Below, piece by piece: positions 1-8,870 of a stretch of DNA of 64,000 bases. The position numbers and the translations under genes are program-made. Source of the DNA: an uncultured Candidatus Poseidoniales archaeon (GTDB lineage Archaea > Thermoplasmatota > Poseidoniia > Poseidoniales > Thalassarchaeaceae). The notes beneath the pieces were generated by a model that worked only from the letters and a program-made list of their open reading frames with translations, had not been told where the DNA came from and searched no databases. Position 1 is the first letter of the stretch. Each line of letters opens with the position of its first letter. The stretch is taken from NCBI GenBank assembly GCA_963934165.1, contig CAWVXH010000001.1, positions 22,098 to 86,097 on the forward strand, read 5' to 3'.

Positions 1-212
1 ATCCTTTCTCCAGTGACGAGGCGCACATCGGGAATTGCGTGTTGGTCACGAAGAATTGTACCAATCATTGCTGTTGAGTGACCTTCATTGAAATACTTGA
101 GAACTAATTCTTCGACTTCCTTTTTACTGGTCTCCGACCATACAGGAGCCTTGCTTGCATCTGGCTTTGATGAGCCACTTGTGCCTTTTCCTTTACTGTG
201 CATTCGAGCCAT
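1..212 (-). CDS. rps15: 30S ribosomal protein S15 (archaeal/eukaryotic S13e type), N-terminal part only; the gene runs off the left edge
   Basis: Not in the ORF track. Reverse complement from the ATG at 210-212 reads MARMHSKGKGTSGSSKPDASKAPVWSETSKKEVEELVLKYFNEGHSTAMIGTILRDQHAIPDVRLVTGER. The MARMHS..GK.SGS start and the G.ILRDQHGIP-like core are typical of archaeal S15. Confidence 0.85.
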   Translation of the reverse strand, partial: MARMHSKGKGTSGSSKPDASKAPVWSETSKKEVEELVLKYFNEGHSTAMIGTILRDQHAIPDVRLVTGER

Positions 213-286
213 TTTGATACCTCAGGCGTGCGGGCGACCTGCTGCCCCTCTTTAATCGCTACGCATACATACCCATTGAGTGAGTC

Positions 287-2071
287 TCACAATCGATGTT
301 GTGCCTTCGCCAACCTACCAGGTCCTTCAGGCCATTCCCAACCTGCTGCTTCGGCTCTTGCCGAGCCGATTAGTGTACCATTTTGATAGACTAAAACCTC
401 ATCACCAACGCGAATTTCACCATTTTTTGATTTAATATTGGTCGAAAACAGATCTCCTTTCCAATCGAAATTACCGACTAAATTTACAATCGGAAATTTA
501 CCGCTCTCGTGTAAAAGTGGTAAGCATGCTTTAGAAAATGAGAATCGACCAAGTCTTGGGTTCCACCTAGCTAATTGAGTTCTATCTTTTTTAATTGTAT
601 ATATTGGTGGTCGGCCCTCGACTTTACAACCGGACAGCCATTCGTCTGTACCATGTTGAAACAGTGATAATGCACATAATTTATTGAGACGATGTATGCT
701 TTCTTTTGGGCTTGAAAGCTTGTATTCTTGAGCGGCTCGGCCAACCTCATTTTCTAATCGGGTGAGAGATTCTGAATTGCCTGCACTCTCGCCTTGGCGT
801 GTATCAATTATGTCAATTCCTTCAACTTCAAGATGAATTCCAGAATGATTGATGATTCTTGAATATCCATTGCGAATTGCAAATTTATTAATCATCTCCC
901 TAATAGTAGTTAATTCATCTAAATCCCATTCCCCTGTAACTGGAATATCATAATTCCCAGCAGGCCATATATCTTCGAGTTCACGAGGAACAAGTCCCAA
1001 TGGAGCTGTCACCATCACCTCATGAACTCGATTAGATGTAATCGAGTTCCTAAATCTGCGATGTGAGGCTGATAATCGATAGGGCTTTTTTGCCGAACAA
1101 GGGAGAAGTAGTAATATTTCTGTTTGATGTTCTGGTGGAGAATGTGATTCGGCAATGCGCCTCTGCCAATCGACAATCAAAGCATCATTACGACTAGTAT
1201 ACGAATGGCAACGGAGTGGGAAATCTTGACCTTTTATTCTACTAAGTCCTGATTCTCCACCACTCAAACTACTCATTTTAGCATCGTGACGACGTAAACG
1301 CTCGACTGAACGAGGGCTGGACAAACTCTGACGCTCTGCTAATTCACGAAGTGAACCTTCGCGAATTGCTGAGCGTGTTTCGGCCAACGCGGCTTTCCAA
1401 GCCGCAAGTTGAGAAATCATCGTACAATCTTCATCGAGAGAATCCTCTACCGGCCTAGGGCCATCTTCAGTCAGAAGAACTTCAAGAGATGAAGCATGTC
1501 TCGATCTCGAGAGGTCGAACAAATCTACCCCCATCCAAGCCAAAAGAGCACAATTATCCGGTCCACCAATACCCACAGTCCAAAGTAATGACGTTGGGAA
1601 GCGCGTACGTAGTGTATAGATCGCATCAACGAGCATTCCGGGGCGCTGAGCAAGTTGCGGTGCATCGGTCAAAATAATTACCGATGGTTCAACTGTTTCA
1701 TCTAATAATGAAATATCATGAAGAAGTGATTGCCAAGAAACAGGTAATATTTGATCACCTGTTCCAAATTCTCCGGAATTAGATTCAGAAAGACTTGGGG
1801 GGAGAACCAAACCCTCACTTGCATGCCATTCATCGGTTGAATCGAATGGTAAACAAAGGTTACCTCTAGTGCTCATTTGTATCTTCGCAGGTAATGACTT
1901 TCCATCTCTTGAATAAGATAGAGGTGCGAGAGAAATTGGTAATTCATTATCTTCTGATCCGATTACTAATGCCGGGGACCAAGAAATTGGAGATTTGCGG
2001 TCACCGAGTGCGAAAAGGCGCGAAAAACGCTGCCTTGCGACGACACTCCGCGCCATCGCCCTCTCACTCAT
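287..2071 (-). CDS. arcS: Archaeosine synthase ArcS (tRNA-guanine transglycosylase-like protein with C-terminal PUA domain)
   Basis: 'LLLLPCSAKKPY' matches the PC-x3-KPY motif of the ArcS/DUF5591 domain. The C-terminus 'GEIRVGDEVLVYQNGTLIGSARAE' is PUA-like. The track ORF extends to a TTG at 2182. I prefer the ATG at 2069-2071 (MSERAMARS), which removes the overlap with the divergent gene at 2134. Confidence 0.8.
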   Translation of the reverse strand: MSERAMARSVVARQRFSRLFALGDRKSPISWSPALVIGSEDNELPISLAPLSYSRDGKSLPAKIQMSTRGNLCLPFDSTDEWHASEGLVLPPSLSESNSGEFGTGDQILPVSWQSLLHDISLLDETVEPSVIILTDAPQLAQRPGMLVDAIYTLRTRFPTSLLWTVGIGGPDNCALLAWMGVDLFDLSRSRHASSLEVLLTEDGPRPVEDSLDEDCTMISQLAAWKAALAETRSAIREGSLRELAERQSLSSPRSVERLRRHDAKMSSLSGGESGLSRIKGQDFPLRCHSYTSRNDALIVDWQRRIAESHSPPEHQTEILLLLPCSAKKPYRLSASHRRFRNSITSNRVHEVMVTAPLGLVPRELEDIWPAGNYDIPVTGEWDLDELTTIREMINKFAIRNGYSRIINHSGIHLEVEGIDIIDTRQGESAGNSESLTRLENEVGRAAQEYKLSSPKESIHRLNKLCALSLFQHGTDEWLSGCKVEGRPPIYTIKKDRTQLARWNPRLGRFSFSKACLPLLHESGKFPIVNLVGNFDWKGDLFSTNIKSKNGEIRVGDEVLVYQNGTLIGSARAEAAGWEWPEGPGRLAKAQHRL

Positions 2072-2133
2072 AGTGCGAGCGTGCCGCACGATTCGCTTGA
2101 AGGATTCTAAGGGGGAGTCGCGCCCGACAACGC

Positions 2134-4275
2134 GTGAACAAGAGGCTTGCCAGCGTTCTCGCTCTGCTGATGCTATCACCAATGGTGATGAATGTAGAAG
2201 CAGAAAGCGAAGAAATACATATTGTAGATGAAATTTTCATTTACAATTCAGGGTCATTTTATTATAGTCTTGAATGTGAAATAACAAGTTGCACTGGAAT
2301 GGAATTAGAGATAATCGATGGGAATACATCCATCTTTATCGAGGATCTTCACGAAGTCACCTGGTCTGGTTATTTGAATTCAGGTTCAACCGTTACTGCA
2401 AAAATTGACCTAGAACATTCCAACCACTATTCTTCATCGAGACTTGGGGGTTGGCTATTGTCATCAACCGAATCTTTAGACCAACCTAATTCTGTTCCTT
2501 CACCTGGGAGCGATGTAGAATTACCAATTCTAATGCCTTTATTGCACAATTGCTTCCTTTGGAATTGCAATGATGATCAAATCAATTCATCAATTGTGAT
2601 ATTTGTTGGCGGGTTAGATTCGACATCTGATAAAGATGCGATAATGATAGAGGGTGGTGCGGGAGATGTGGTATTGCTCAACCGTTTCGTAGCACCAGAA
2701 GGTGCCAATCTTGAAATTTGGTCACGAAATAGTTTAGAAAATAAACTGATTACACAATATAACCCGGCAGATTCAATAAATAAATTAATTGATTATCCAC
2801 AAGATGGACAACTTTGGTTCAGAATAACTCCAGAAGTAGGAGTGAATTATTCGACATATATGTTCGGAATATCTAGAGATTCAAATATCGATGAAGCACC
2901 GGGAGGGGGAGAATTATCCAATCCATGGAATCACGGAGAGCCGCTTTCGTTGAACGATTATACCAAATTCCGATCCTCAATCAGTTCTTTCGATAAAGAA
3001 GGAGATGCAGTTCTCTTAGATATTGGAGAAGAATATTCCTTCTCAATTACTCCCGAATTTATTTCAGGAATTAGCTATTACCAGATAATATTTCACCTTG
3101 AAGATGGTTCAGAAACAATCGAGTACATATCCGCTGAACCGATAACGACTGAATTTACAACACCAGTTGAAACTGTCGCTATCGAAGTTCGTATTACATC
3201 TGATGAGGTAGCAGTATGGTCTTTCATAATCGATCCAATCCAACCTCCTGATGCTGGAGATTTTGCTGATGCACAAGAAGAACTTCCAATTCCCTCCGAT
3301 ACTGTTAACGGAAATACACAATTATTACCAAATGAGGTGTATTCTGGCCATCTTCATTCAAATGATAATGTAGACATCTACCAAATAATCATCACCGATG
3401 AAAATGGTTCGCGTATCTTTATCGATGGCGGCACACTATCGAGGGTAAATTATCAAATTCAAGCCCTCGACCAAATCACCGGAGCAATAGTAAACACCAC
3501 TGATGGTTCAACAATTATTATTCCAAACGGATTACATGCTATTCGTATCGAGAGGCAGGGAGATCAAGGAACTATCATTGATTATTCCTTCGAAATAGGT
3601 TATCTTGGCCCTCATGAACCACCCGAACCAGGAATTTATACTGATTTTTCTTATCTATTCACCGATTTTTATATTTTGATTGGGTTTGTGTTGCTATCTC
3701 CTATCTTATTGGTATTATTTTGGAATCGTCGCTATATATTCTTTGGAGAAAATTTACCAGTTCAAATAGAAAAACATGAGAGGAAACGTCTTCAACGTCT
3801 TCGAGAAAGATTGTCGTTGGCTCTGGCTAGCGATTCGATTGATGAAGGTGCGATAGAATCGGCATTACACCAATTAGGAGATAGTCCATGGAAATCTATC
3901 ATCAGCGAATGGGGAGAACCGATCTTACGGCATATGACCGAGCAAGTAGAGATTTGTATCTGGCGTATAAGAGAAGGTACTGCGTCCTTATTGCTAGGCA
4001 TCAGAATAGGAGATAAGGATTGGAATTTAGCAGCAATGCGAGTCCACGCGCCAGAAGGAACATTGGTTAGCATCAGTGATGTTTCCCCATCACGATTATT
4101 CCAAAACGATGAGATTTTTCTCGATAAAATGAAAGCCCATTCGCAATTATTTTTGAGAATTACTCTAGACGGAAACCCTTCAAGTCTAGGATTTCAGTTA
4201 TCAGGACTGGTTGATGAACAACCTCTCGCTGCAGTGCCAAATCGAGCAATCGATTGGGATGCGTCTATCGAATGA
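2134..4275 (+). CDS. Single-pass membrane protein: signal peptide, about 480-aa ectodomain with PPC-like (pre-peptidase C-terminal-like) modules, one TM helix, about 190-aa cytoplasmic domain
   Basis: GTG start followed by 'MNKRLASVLALLMLSPMVMNVEA'. Modules such as 'YSGHLHSNDNVDIYQIIITDENGSRIFIDGG' are present. The TM helix is 'FYILIGFVLLSPILLVLFW', followed by a basic/helical stretch 'HERKRLQRLRERL'. No function recognised. Confidence 0.6.
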   Translation: MNKRLASVLALLMLSPMVMNVEAESEEIHIVDEIFIYNSGSFYYSLECEITSCTGMELEIIDGNTSIFIEDLHEVTWSGYLNSGSTVTAKIDLEHSNHYSSSRLGGWLLSSTESLDQPNSVPSPGSDVELPILMPLLHNCFLWNCNDDQINSSIVIFVGGLDSTSDKDAIMIEGGAGDVVLLNRFVAPEGANLEIWSRNSLENKLITQYNPADSINKLIDYPQDGQLWFRITPEVGVNYSTYMFGISRDSNIDEAPGGGELSNPWNHGEPLSLNDYTKFRSSISSFDKEGDAVLLDIGEEYSFSITPEFISGISYYQIIFHLEDGSETIEYISAEPITTEFTTPVETVAIEVRITSDEVAVWSFIIDPIQPPDAGDFADAQEELPIPSDTVNGNTQLLPNEVYSGHLHSNDNVDIYQIIITDENGSRIFIDGGTLSRVNYQIQALDQITGAIVNTTDGSTIIIPNGLHAIRIERQGDQGTIIDYSFEIGYLGPHEPPEPGIYTDFSYLFTDFYILIGFVLLSPILLVLFWNRRYIFFGENLPVQIEKHERKRLQRLRERLSLALASDSIDEGAIESALHQLGDSPWKSIISEWGEPILRHMTEQVEICIWRIREGTASLLLGIRIGDKDWNLAAMRVHAPEGTLVSISDVSPSRLFQNDEIFLDKMKAHSQLFLRITLDGNPSSLGFQLSGLVDEQPLAAVPNRAIDWDASIE

Positions 4276-4280
4276 ACCAA

Positions 4281-5438
4281 TCAAGAATGGCGACGTTGTC
4301 GTGCTTCAGAGCAAATTTTTTCTTCTAACATAACTGAGTCGATACTTAGTTCCCCCCGTATCCCTTCCAATTGTTTCTTCAAAGAACGAGGGATTTTTTC
4401 TGGAATATCGAGTTTTAACAACACCATCACCGAGCCGCGGCCAATTCTACTTCTCTGGCCCGGTAATCCTCTGCCGCGCAAAGAAATTGTATCTCCAGGT
4501 CTAGATCCGGCTGGAATTCTTATTTTCAAATTGTCACCATCAATATGAGGTATTTCTACAATTGTTCCAAGTACTAAATCGGGATAACTAACTGGTAAGG
4601 CCATCAATAAATCTGAACCATCTCGCTCAAACCATTCGTGTTCCTCAACCTGAATTTCGATATAGAGGTGACCTGGTTCACCACGATTACCTTTTGCAGC
4701 TTCACCATGTCCCGACATCCTTAATCGATTACCACTATCGATTCCAGGGGGCACATGAAATTGCATTTTCTTTGTTCGAGATGCTCTTCCCTCTCCCTGA
4801 CAGCTTGAACAAGGATTTGGGATTATACGCCCATCACCACGGCAACTCGCACAATTGCTGACAACCTGTTGGGAAAATGGTCCGACTCTCTCAATTCGCT
4901 GTACTCTTCCTCTTCCATCACATGCAGGACATTCTCTAATCTCATCCGGGCTCTTTGAACCCAAACCTGAACAATCATCACAAGACTTCAGCACATCGAT
5001 TTCAATAGAATCATCAATACCATCCATGGCTACTTGGAAAGGAACTTGGTGGTGAACTAGTAAATCAGAGCCGCGCTGATGGCGTTGTCTACCTCCTGCA
5101 GCACCCCCGAAAAGAGAACTGAAAATTGATTCAAATCCACCACCACCAAAAAGATCATCGAAATTGATATTGACACTCTGAAATCCGCTCGGACCAAACG
5201 GTGAGCCGCCGGGTCTTTGGTGACCAAATGTGTCAAATTTTCTTCGCTCATCAGGGTTTGATAAGACAGCAAAGGCTTCCTGAACTTCTTTGAAAAGTCG
5301 CTCGGAGTCAGAGTTATCAGGGTTCTTATCGGGATGGTGTTTTCGAGCTAGGCTACGAAAAGCATTTTTGATTTCTTTCTCTGAAGCAGATCTAGAAATT
5401 CCGAGAATTTCGTAATAGTCACGCTTCCCTGCCATCAT
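4281..5438 (-). CDS. dnaJ: Molecular chaperone DnaJ (type I Hsp40)
   Basis: J domain 'DYYEILGISRSASEKEIKNAFRSLARKHHPDKNP' with HPD. A G/F-rich linker follows. There are four CxxCxGxG zinc-finger motifs (CDDCSGLG, CPACDGRG, CASCRGDG, CSSCQGEG). Start set at the ATG at 5436-5438 (MMAGKRDYY) rather than the track start at 5549. Confidence 0.92.
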   Translation of the reverse strand: MMAGKRDYYEILGISRSASEKEIKNAFRSLARKHHPDKNPDNSDSERLFKEVQEAFAVLSNPDERRKFDTFGHQRPGGSPFGPSGFQSVNINFDDLFGGGGFESIFSSLFGGAAGGRQRHQRGSDLLVHHQVPFQVAMDGIDDSIEIDVLKSCDDCSGLGSKSPDEIRECPACDGRGRVQRIERVGPFSQQVVSNCASCRGDGRIIPNPCSSCQGEGRASRTKKMQFHVPPGIDSGNRLRMSGHGEAAKGNRGEPGHLYIEIQVEEHEWFERDGSDLLMALPVSYPDLVLGTIVEIPHIDGDNLKIRIPAGSRPGDTISLRGRGLPGQRSRIGRGSVMVLLKLDIPEKIPRSLKKQLEGIRGELSIDSVMLEEKICSEARQRRHS

Positions 5439-5485
5439 CTCACCTAAGCGTGGCTCCAAGGGACCCTCTTTGAATCTCTCCATCC

Positions 5486-6286
5486 TCAATCGAGGAATGA
5501 ACCACAAGAAGAACAATACGGAATTCCAGATTGGTTTAGTGTCCCACAATCATTACAAGAGACTACAGATTTAGCCATGGTAGAAGCCGCCGGTTCATTC
5601 CAACGAGATTTCATCAAGTCACCTTTTTCTGATTTCATTGCTTTTGCGGATGCTTTTGTGGCTTTCAACTCAGCTTTTGCCTGTGTTCTTTCTACTTTCA
5701 ATCGCTTCTTTTCAGCTTTCTTTTCGGCTTTGAATTTTAGTTTAGCCATGCGATTAGCCGCAGAGGAATCAAGACGGTCGGAAATTTTTGCTTTCTTCGG
5801 ATCATTTCCATCGACTACTTGTTGGTCAACTAATGTGTTGAATCCACTCAAATGAGTAACTACTTCTGTTTCAATATCTTCTTCGACTTCTACTTCGGGA
5901 GATTCTGCATTCATAGATCCGATACGACTAGACAGCATTGTTTGGGTTCGTAATGCACTCTTGCCTGTTTGTTGATTAGAAGCCGCTGATTCTAGTTTCT
6001 CGATTGCGATATCTCCCTTATCCCAAAGCCCTTTATCCTCTTGTGTATATGATTTTGTCAATCGCTTTATCGCAGCAGAGCGGTGATATTCATGATCTTC
6101 AACGACACGATATTTAAGGAACATCAAAATACCTATAATGATAGCTGTGGTATGTATTCCAATCTCGACTAAATAATCATTTGATATTGCCTCGTCGAGT
6201 ATCGGTAATCCAAATCTCAAGGCAACAACACACAAAGAAGGTGCGAGAAATAAAGCTACTCCAATGCCAGGTGAACGTTCCGTCAT
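5486..6286 (-). CDS. Membrane protein with two N-terminal TM helices, a Lys/Ala-rich helical region and a C-terminal zinc ribbon
   Basis: ATG at 6284-6286. Hydrophobic N-terminus. 'KLKFKAEKKAEKKRLKVERTQAKAELKATKASAKAMK'. C-terminal 'CNDCGTLNQSGIPYCSSCGSFLD' (CxxC...CxxC). Sits immediately upstream of dnaJ on the same strand. Confidence 0.55.
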   Translation of the reverse strand: MTERSPGIGVALFLAPSLCVVALRFGLPILDEAISNDYLVEIGIHTTAIIIGILMFLKYRVVEDHEYHRSAAIKRLTKSYTQEDKGLWDKGDIAIEKLESAASNQQTGKSALRTQTMLSSRIGSMNAESPEVEVEEDIETEVVTHLSGFNTLVDQQVVDGNDPKKAKISDRLDSSAANRMAKLKFKAEKKAEKKRLKVERTQAKAELKATKASAKAMKSEKGDLMKSRWNEPAASTMAKSVVSCNDCGTLNQSGIPYCSSCGSFLD

Positions 6287-6354
6287 GAATCGAGGTGGAT
6301 AGTTTCAGATTTGAACCATTCGTGTTGTTGCGAGATAGATGAAACAGAGAACAT

Positions 6355-6912
6355 ATGACCCATCGGCACCCGGAGGGACTCATGGAGCCGATGATTAGTG
6401 TCTCAACAACTGTTCGAGCATGGGAGGATGCGCAGAAAGTTGTCGAAGCAATCCAGAAATTATTCCCAGATTGGGTACCCGATAGGATTCCTGAGCGAGC
6501 TTCATTTCCTAGCGATCGACGAGCTCAACTAATGCACGGAAAGGCTGAATCATTAGAACTCATTTTGAACTTGATGAGAACTCAACGAATTTTAGACACT
6601 GCGCTAGATGCAATGTCGATGAACCTAGAATTTGACACGACTGTTTTCGACCTTTCCAGACAGGCTGCCATGGCGGGAAAGGTTGCTTTTGCACTTGAAG
6701 ATATTAATCTGGGCGGGAAATTAACCGTCAGCCTTTCTGGAGAGGACTTAGGTATATGGATCGAGCAACAAACTTGGCACGAAGGAAGAAATGAAATTCC
6801 TCGAAGTACTGGTGACGATTTATCGATGAGGAAGAGTGGTTCCCCAGTAGAATGGTTCGACAAAAGGGGTTATCCAACCATTAATCAAGAAGAAGAAGAG
6901 GGGAGTCCCTGA
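6355..6912 (+). CDS. UPF0201 / COG1931-family protein (predicted archaeal RNA-binding protein) with a C-terminal extension
   Basis: 'MISVSTTVRAWEDAQKVVEAIQKLF', 'LMRTQRILDTALDAM' and 'FDLSRQAAMAGKVAF' parallel, from memory, the conserved blocks of archaeal UPF0201 proteins (V.A.V.PTED..KV, R.ERILD.AR, KQAA..G..SF). The start could also be an ATG 27 or 36 nt downstream. Confidence 0.5.
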   Translation: MTHRHPEGLMEPMISVSTTVRAWEDAQKVVEAIQKLFPDWVPDRIPERASFPSDRRAQLMHGKAESLELILNLMRTQRILDTALDAMSMNLEFDTTVFDLSRQAAMAGKVAFALEDINLGGKLTVSLSGEDLGIWIEQQTWHEGRNEIPRSTGDDLSMRKSGSPVEWFDKRGYPTINQEEEEGSP

Positions 6913-7895
6913 CTCTGCCATTCTTGAATAATGGGTAAATCCGCAGGTAACCATTTTACCGACAATAACTCATTTTTTGAAAGCCAACGAATTTTATCAT
7001 GTTCAGTGGGGTTAACTTCGTTTGGATTGATAATTCCACAATTCAAAATTCGTAAATCTACTGTTCTATCATCATATTCATGAATTATGTTTTCAACCGG
7101 TTCAGCTTTCGAAATTAGCACTCCTAATTCCTCATCTAATTCTCTTCGAAGAGCTTCAAAATCACTTTCAACTCCATCGACTTTTCCCCCTGGGAATTCC
7201 CACCAACCTTCCCAAACATCACCAATTGGACGACGACATGCCAAGATCTCTTGATCTGAATTGAAGAGCAATGCCCCGACAACGTGCATATATGGTCGAT
7301 GAACAAGACAATTTATAATTCGTTTGACTACATTAATTTGAACATTCAATTCCAGAGAATCTTCTGGTGGCAAATGAATGAATATCGCTGGTAGTGTTCG
7401 TCCATTTGAATTCGATAATCCCAATTTTATGATTTGATTGAGGGTGCGATAGATTGTTTCATTGCATACATAACCACCAGCATCCTCACTCCAGCAAATG
7501 TTTTCATCGTCGTCAAATTCCTCATCAAAGACATGGATTGAAACTGTTGTTTCTAATCGATCAGTTCCACCTTCAATAATCTCACCTGATTTTATTATTC
7601 TACCTGAATTATCTTCCTCATTCATCCGAAATTGGTTTTTACCAAATCGTTCTAAAGAAATTTTTTGCCTTTTTGCAGCTAAACCTAAATGTAAAATCGC
7701 ATCGAATATATCTCCCTCTCGTAATTGTGATGCAACTTTGCTCGCCCCCACTTCATCGACGGATAAAATATCGGTTTCCAACTCAACACCGTCGATACCA
7801 TCGATAGATAATTGTTTTACTATCAACTCAGAAATATTTTTTGAATTATTCGAAAAAACAGGGAATCCAGTTACCAGAACCTTTGGTGTTGCCAT
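6885..7895 (-). CDS. Fusion protein: N-terminal pyroglutamyl-peptidase I (peptidase C15)-like domain plus C-terminal MutT/Nudix hydrolase domain
   Basis: The PCP-like Glu/Cys/His contexts are 'ISLERFGKN', 'DAGGYVCNETIY' and 'IFIHLPP', after 'KVLVTGFPVF'. A complete Nudix box is present: 'GGKVDGVESDFEALRRELDEELGV', preceded by 'WEFPGG'. Start placed at the ATG at 7893-7895 (MATPKVLVTGF). Confidence 0.75.
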   Translation of the reverse strand: MATPKVLVTGFPVFSNNSKNISELIVKQLSIDGIDGVELETDILSVDEVGASKVASQLREGDIFDAILHLGLAAKRQKISLERFGKNQFRMNEEDNSGRIIKSGEIIEGGTDRLETTVSIHVFDEEFDDDENICWSEDAGGYVCNETIYRTLNQIIKLGLSNSNGRTLPAIFIHLPPEDSLELNVQINVVKRIINCLVHRPYMHVVGALLFNSDQEILACRRPIGDVWEGWWEFPGGKVDGVESDFEALRRELDEELGVLISKAEPVENIIHEYDDRTVDLRILNCGIINPNEVNPTEHDKIRWLSKNELLSVKWLPADLPIIQEWQSQGLPSSSS

Positions 7896-7959
7896 TAGAG
7901 TTTCCAGCGAGCATCTACTGTTGGCGTTTTCTATGGCCAAGACAGCGTCAGATTGATGA

Positions 7960-8316
7960 TTGATATATGTTCAGACCTATCTAATGGTAGAGGAGTATGT
8001 GGTGCAAGTTGCTCCGGAAGAAGAGCCGAATCGTGTGAATCCCCTAAGTGTATTTGGCGTAATTTGGTCAGAACTCAGTGGTGGAATTGGGCCTTGGGGC
8101 ACATTTAGACCGTTAGTGGCTCTCGCATTATCTCTGATTCCGTTTTTATTCCTTGGCCAACACTTCAACCGCCAACATTCGAAAGCGGCTAGTTGGTTTT
8201 TGATTCAATTGCCACTGATTGTTTCAGTAGTACTTTGGCCACTCTTCTATTTCTGGTCAATAGGTGATGCATGGTGGGTTTCGAGTAGAATTGTCGCATC
8301 CGCTCAAAATGAATGA
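7960..8316 (+). CDS. Small hypothetical membrane protein
   Basis: The ORF has two to three hydrophobic segments (LVALALSLIPFLFLG, FLIQLPLIVSVVLWPLFYFW). No recognisable motif, and the start is uncertain. Confidence 0.35.
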   Translation: MIYVQTYLMVEEYVVQVAPEEEPNRVNPLSVFGVIWSELSGGIGPWGTFRPLVALALSLIPFLFLGQHFNRQHSKAASWFLIQLPLIVSVVLWPLFYFWSIGDAWWVSSRIVASAQNE

Positions 8317-8317
8317 T

Positions 8318-8785
8318 CTAAAAATTTTCAGGCAATTCAAAGGGACTGAATAGATGACCTGGGCTGTTCGCGCTGACCAATTGTTCCCTAGCCACTGATT
8401 CCCAATCTCGTAACAAAGTCAGACCGTTAATCAATGGTATTTCGGAATTATTCAGAATCGTTCGAATTATTGTATCAAATATATCCATCCTGTCTTGATC
8501 AATAGTTGAGATTACCCTCTCAATTGGGAATGAATCGATGGAGGGGTTTTGACCATCTGTATCGATATTCCAGGGTTGAGTTAATTCAATCGGCAAAATT
8601 TCACCGACAGCATCAGCCTTTGTGGTTAATTCATCACGTAATATTCGGATATATTTTGAAATAACTAATGCGACTTCAACAACCGGCAAACTGTATTGTT
8701 TGACGAAATTAGACATATTTTCTTGAAGGAATAATAATTTTTCTTCGATCGGCGCGTCAACGCTCGGAAATTGACTATCCTCCAT
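8318..8785 (-). CDS. Hypothetical acidic cytoplasmic protein
   Basis: 155-aa ORF that fills the gap between flanking genes without overlap. No recognisable motif. Confidence 0.4.
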   Translation of the reverse strand: MEDSQFPSVDAPIEEKLLFLQENMSNFVKQYSLPVVEVALVISKYIRILRDELTTKADAVGEILPIELTQPWNIDTDGQNPSIDSFPIERVISTIDQDRMDIFDTIIRTILNNSEIPLINGLTLLRDWESVAREQLVSANSPGHLFSPFELPENF

Positions 8786-8870
8786 CAGGTCGACCCAATC
8801 GTGATGAGCAAATTAATGCAATCCGTCCATATTCAGGAAATTAAATCAACACAATAAAAGAATCAGGAGA

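Noticed and set aside
198-386. 62-aa plus-strand ORF spanning the rps15 start and the arcS 3' end.
   Set aside because: It overlaps two well-supported minus-strand genes and the translation is unremarkable. It is very likely spurious.
5439-5549. 37-codon N-terminal extension of the dnaJ ORF in the track (MWDTKPIWNS...).
   Set aside because: DnaJ proteins begin a few residues before the J domain. The extension is hydrophobic nonsense and overlaps the end of the upstream gene. The ATG at 5438 gives a canonical N-terminus.
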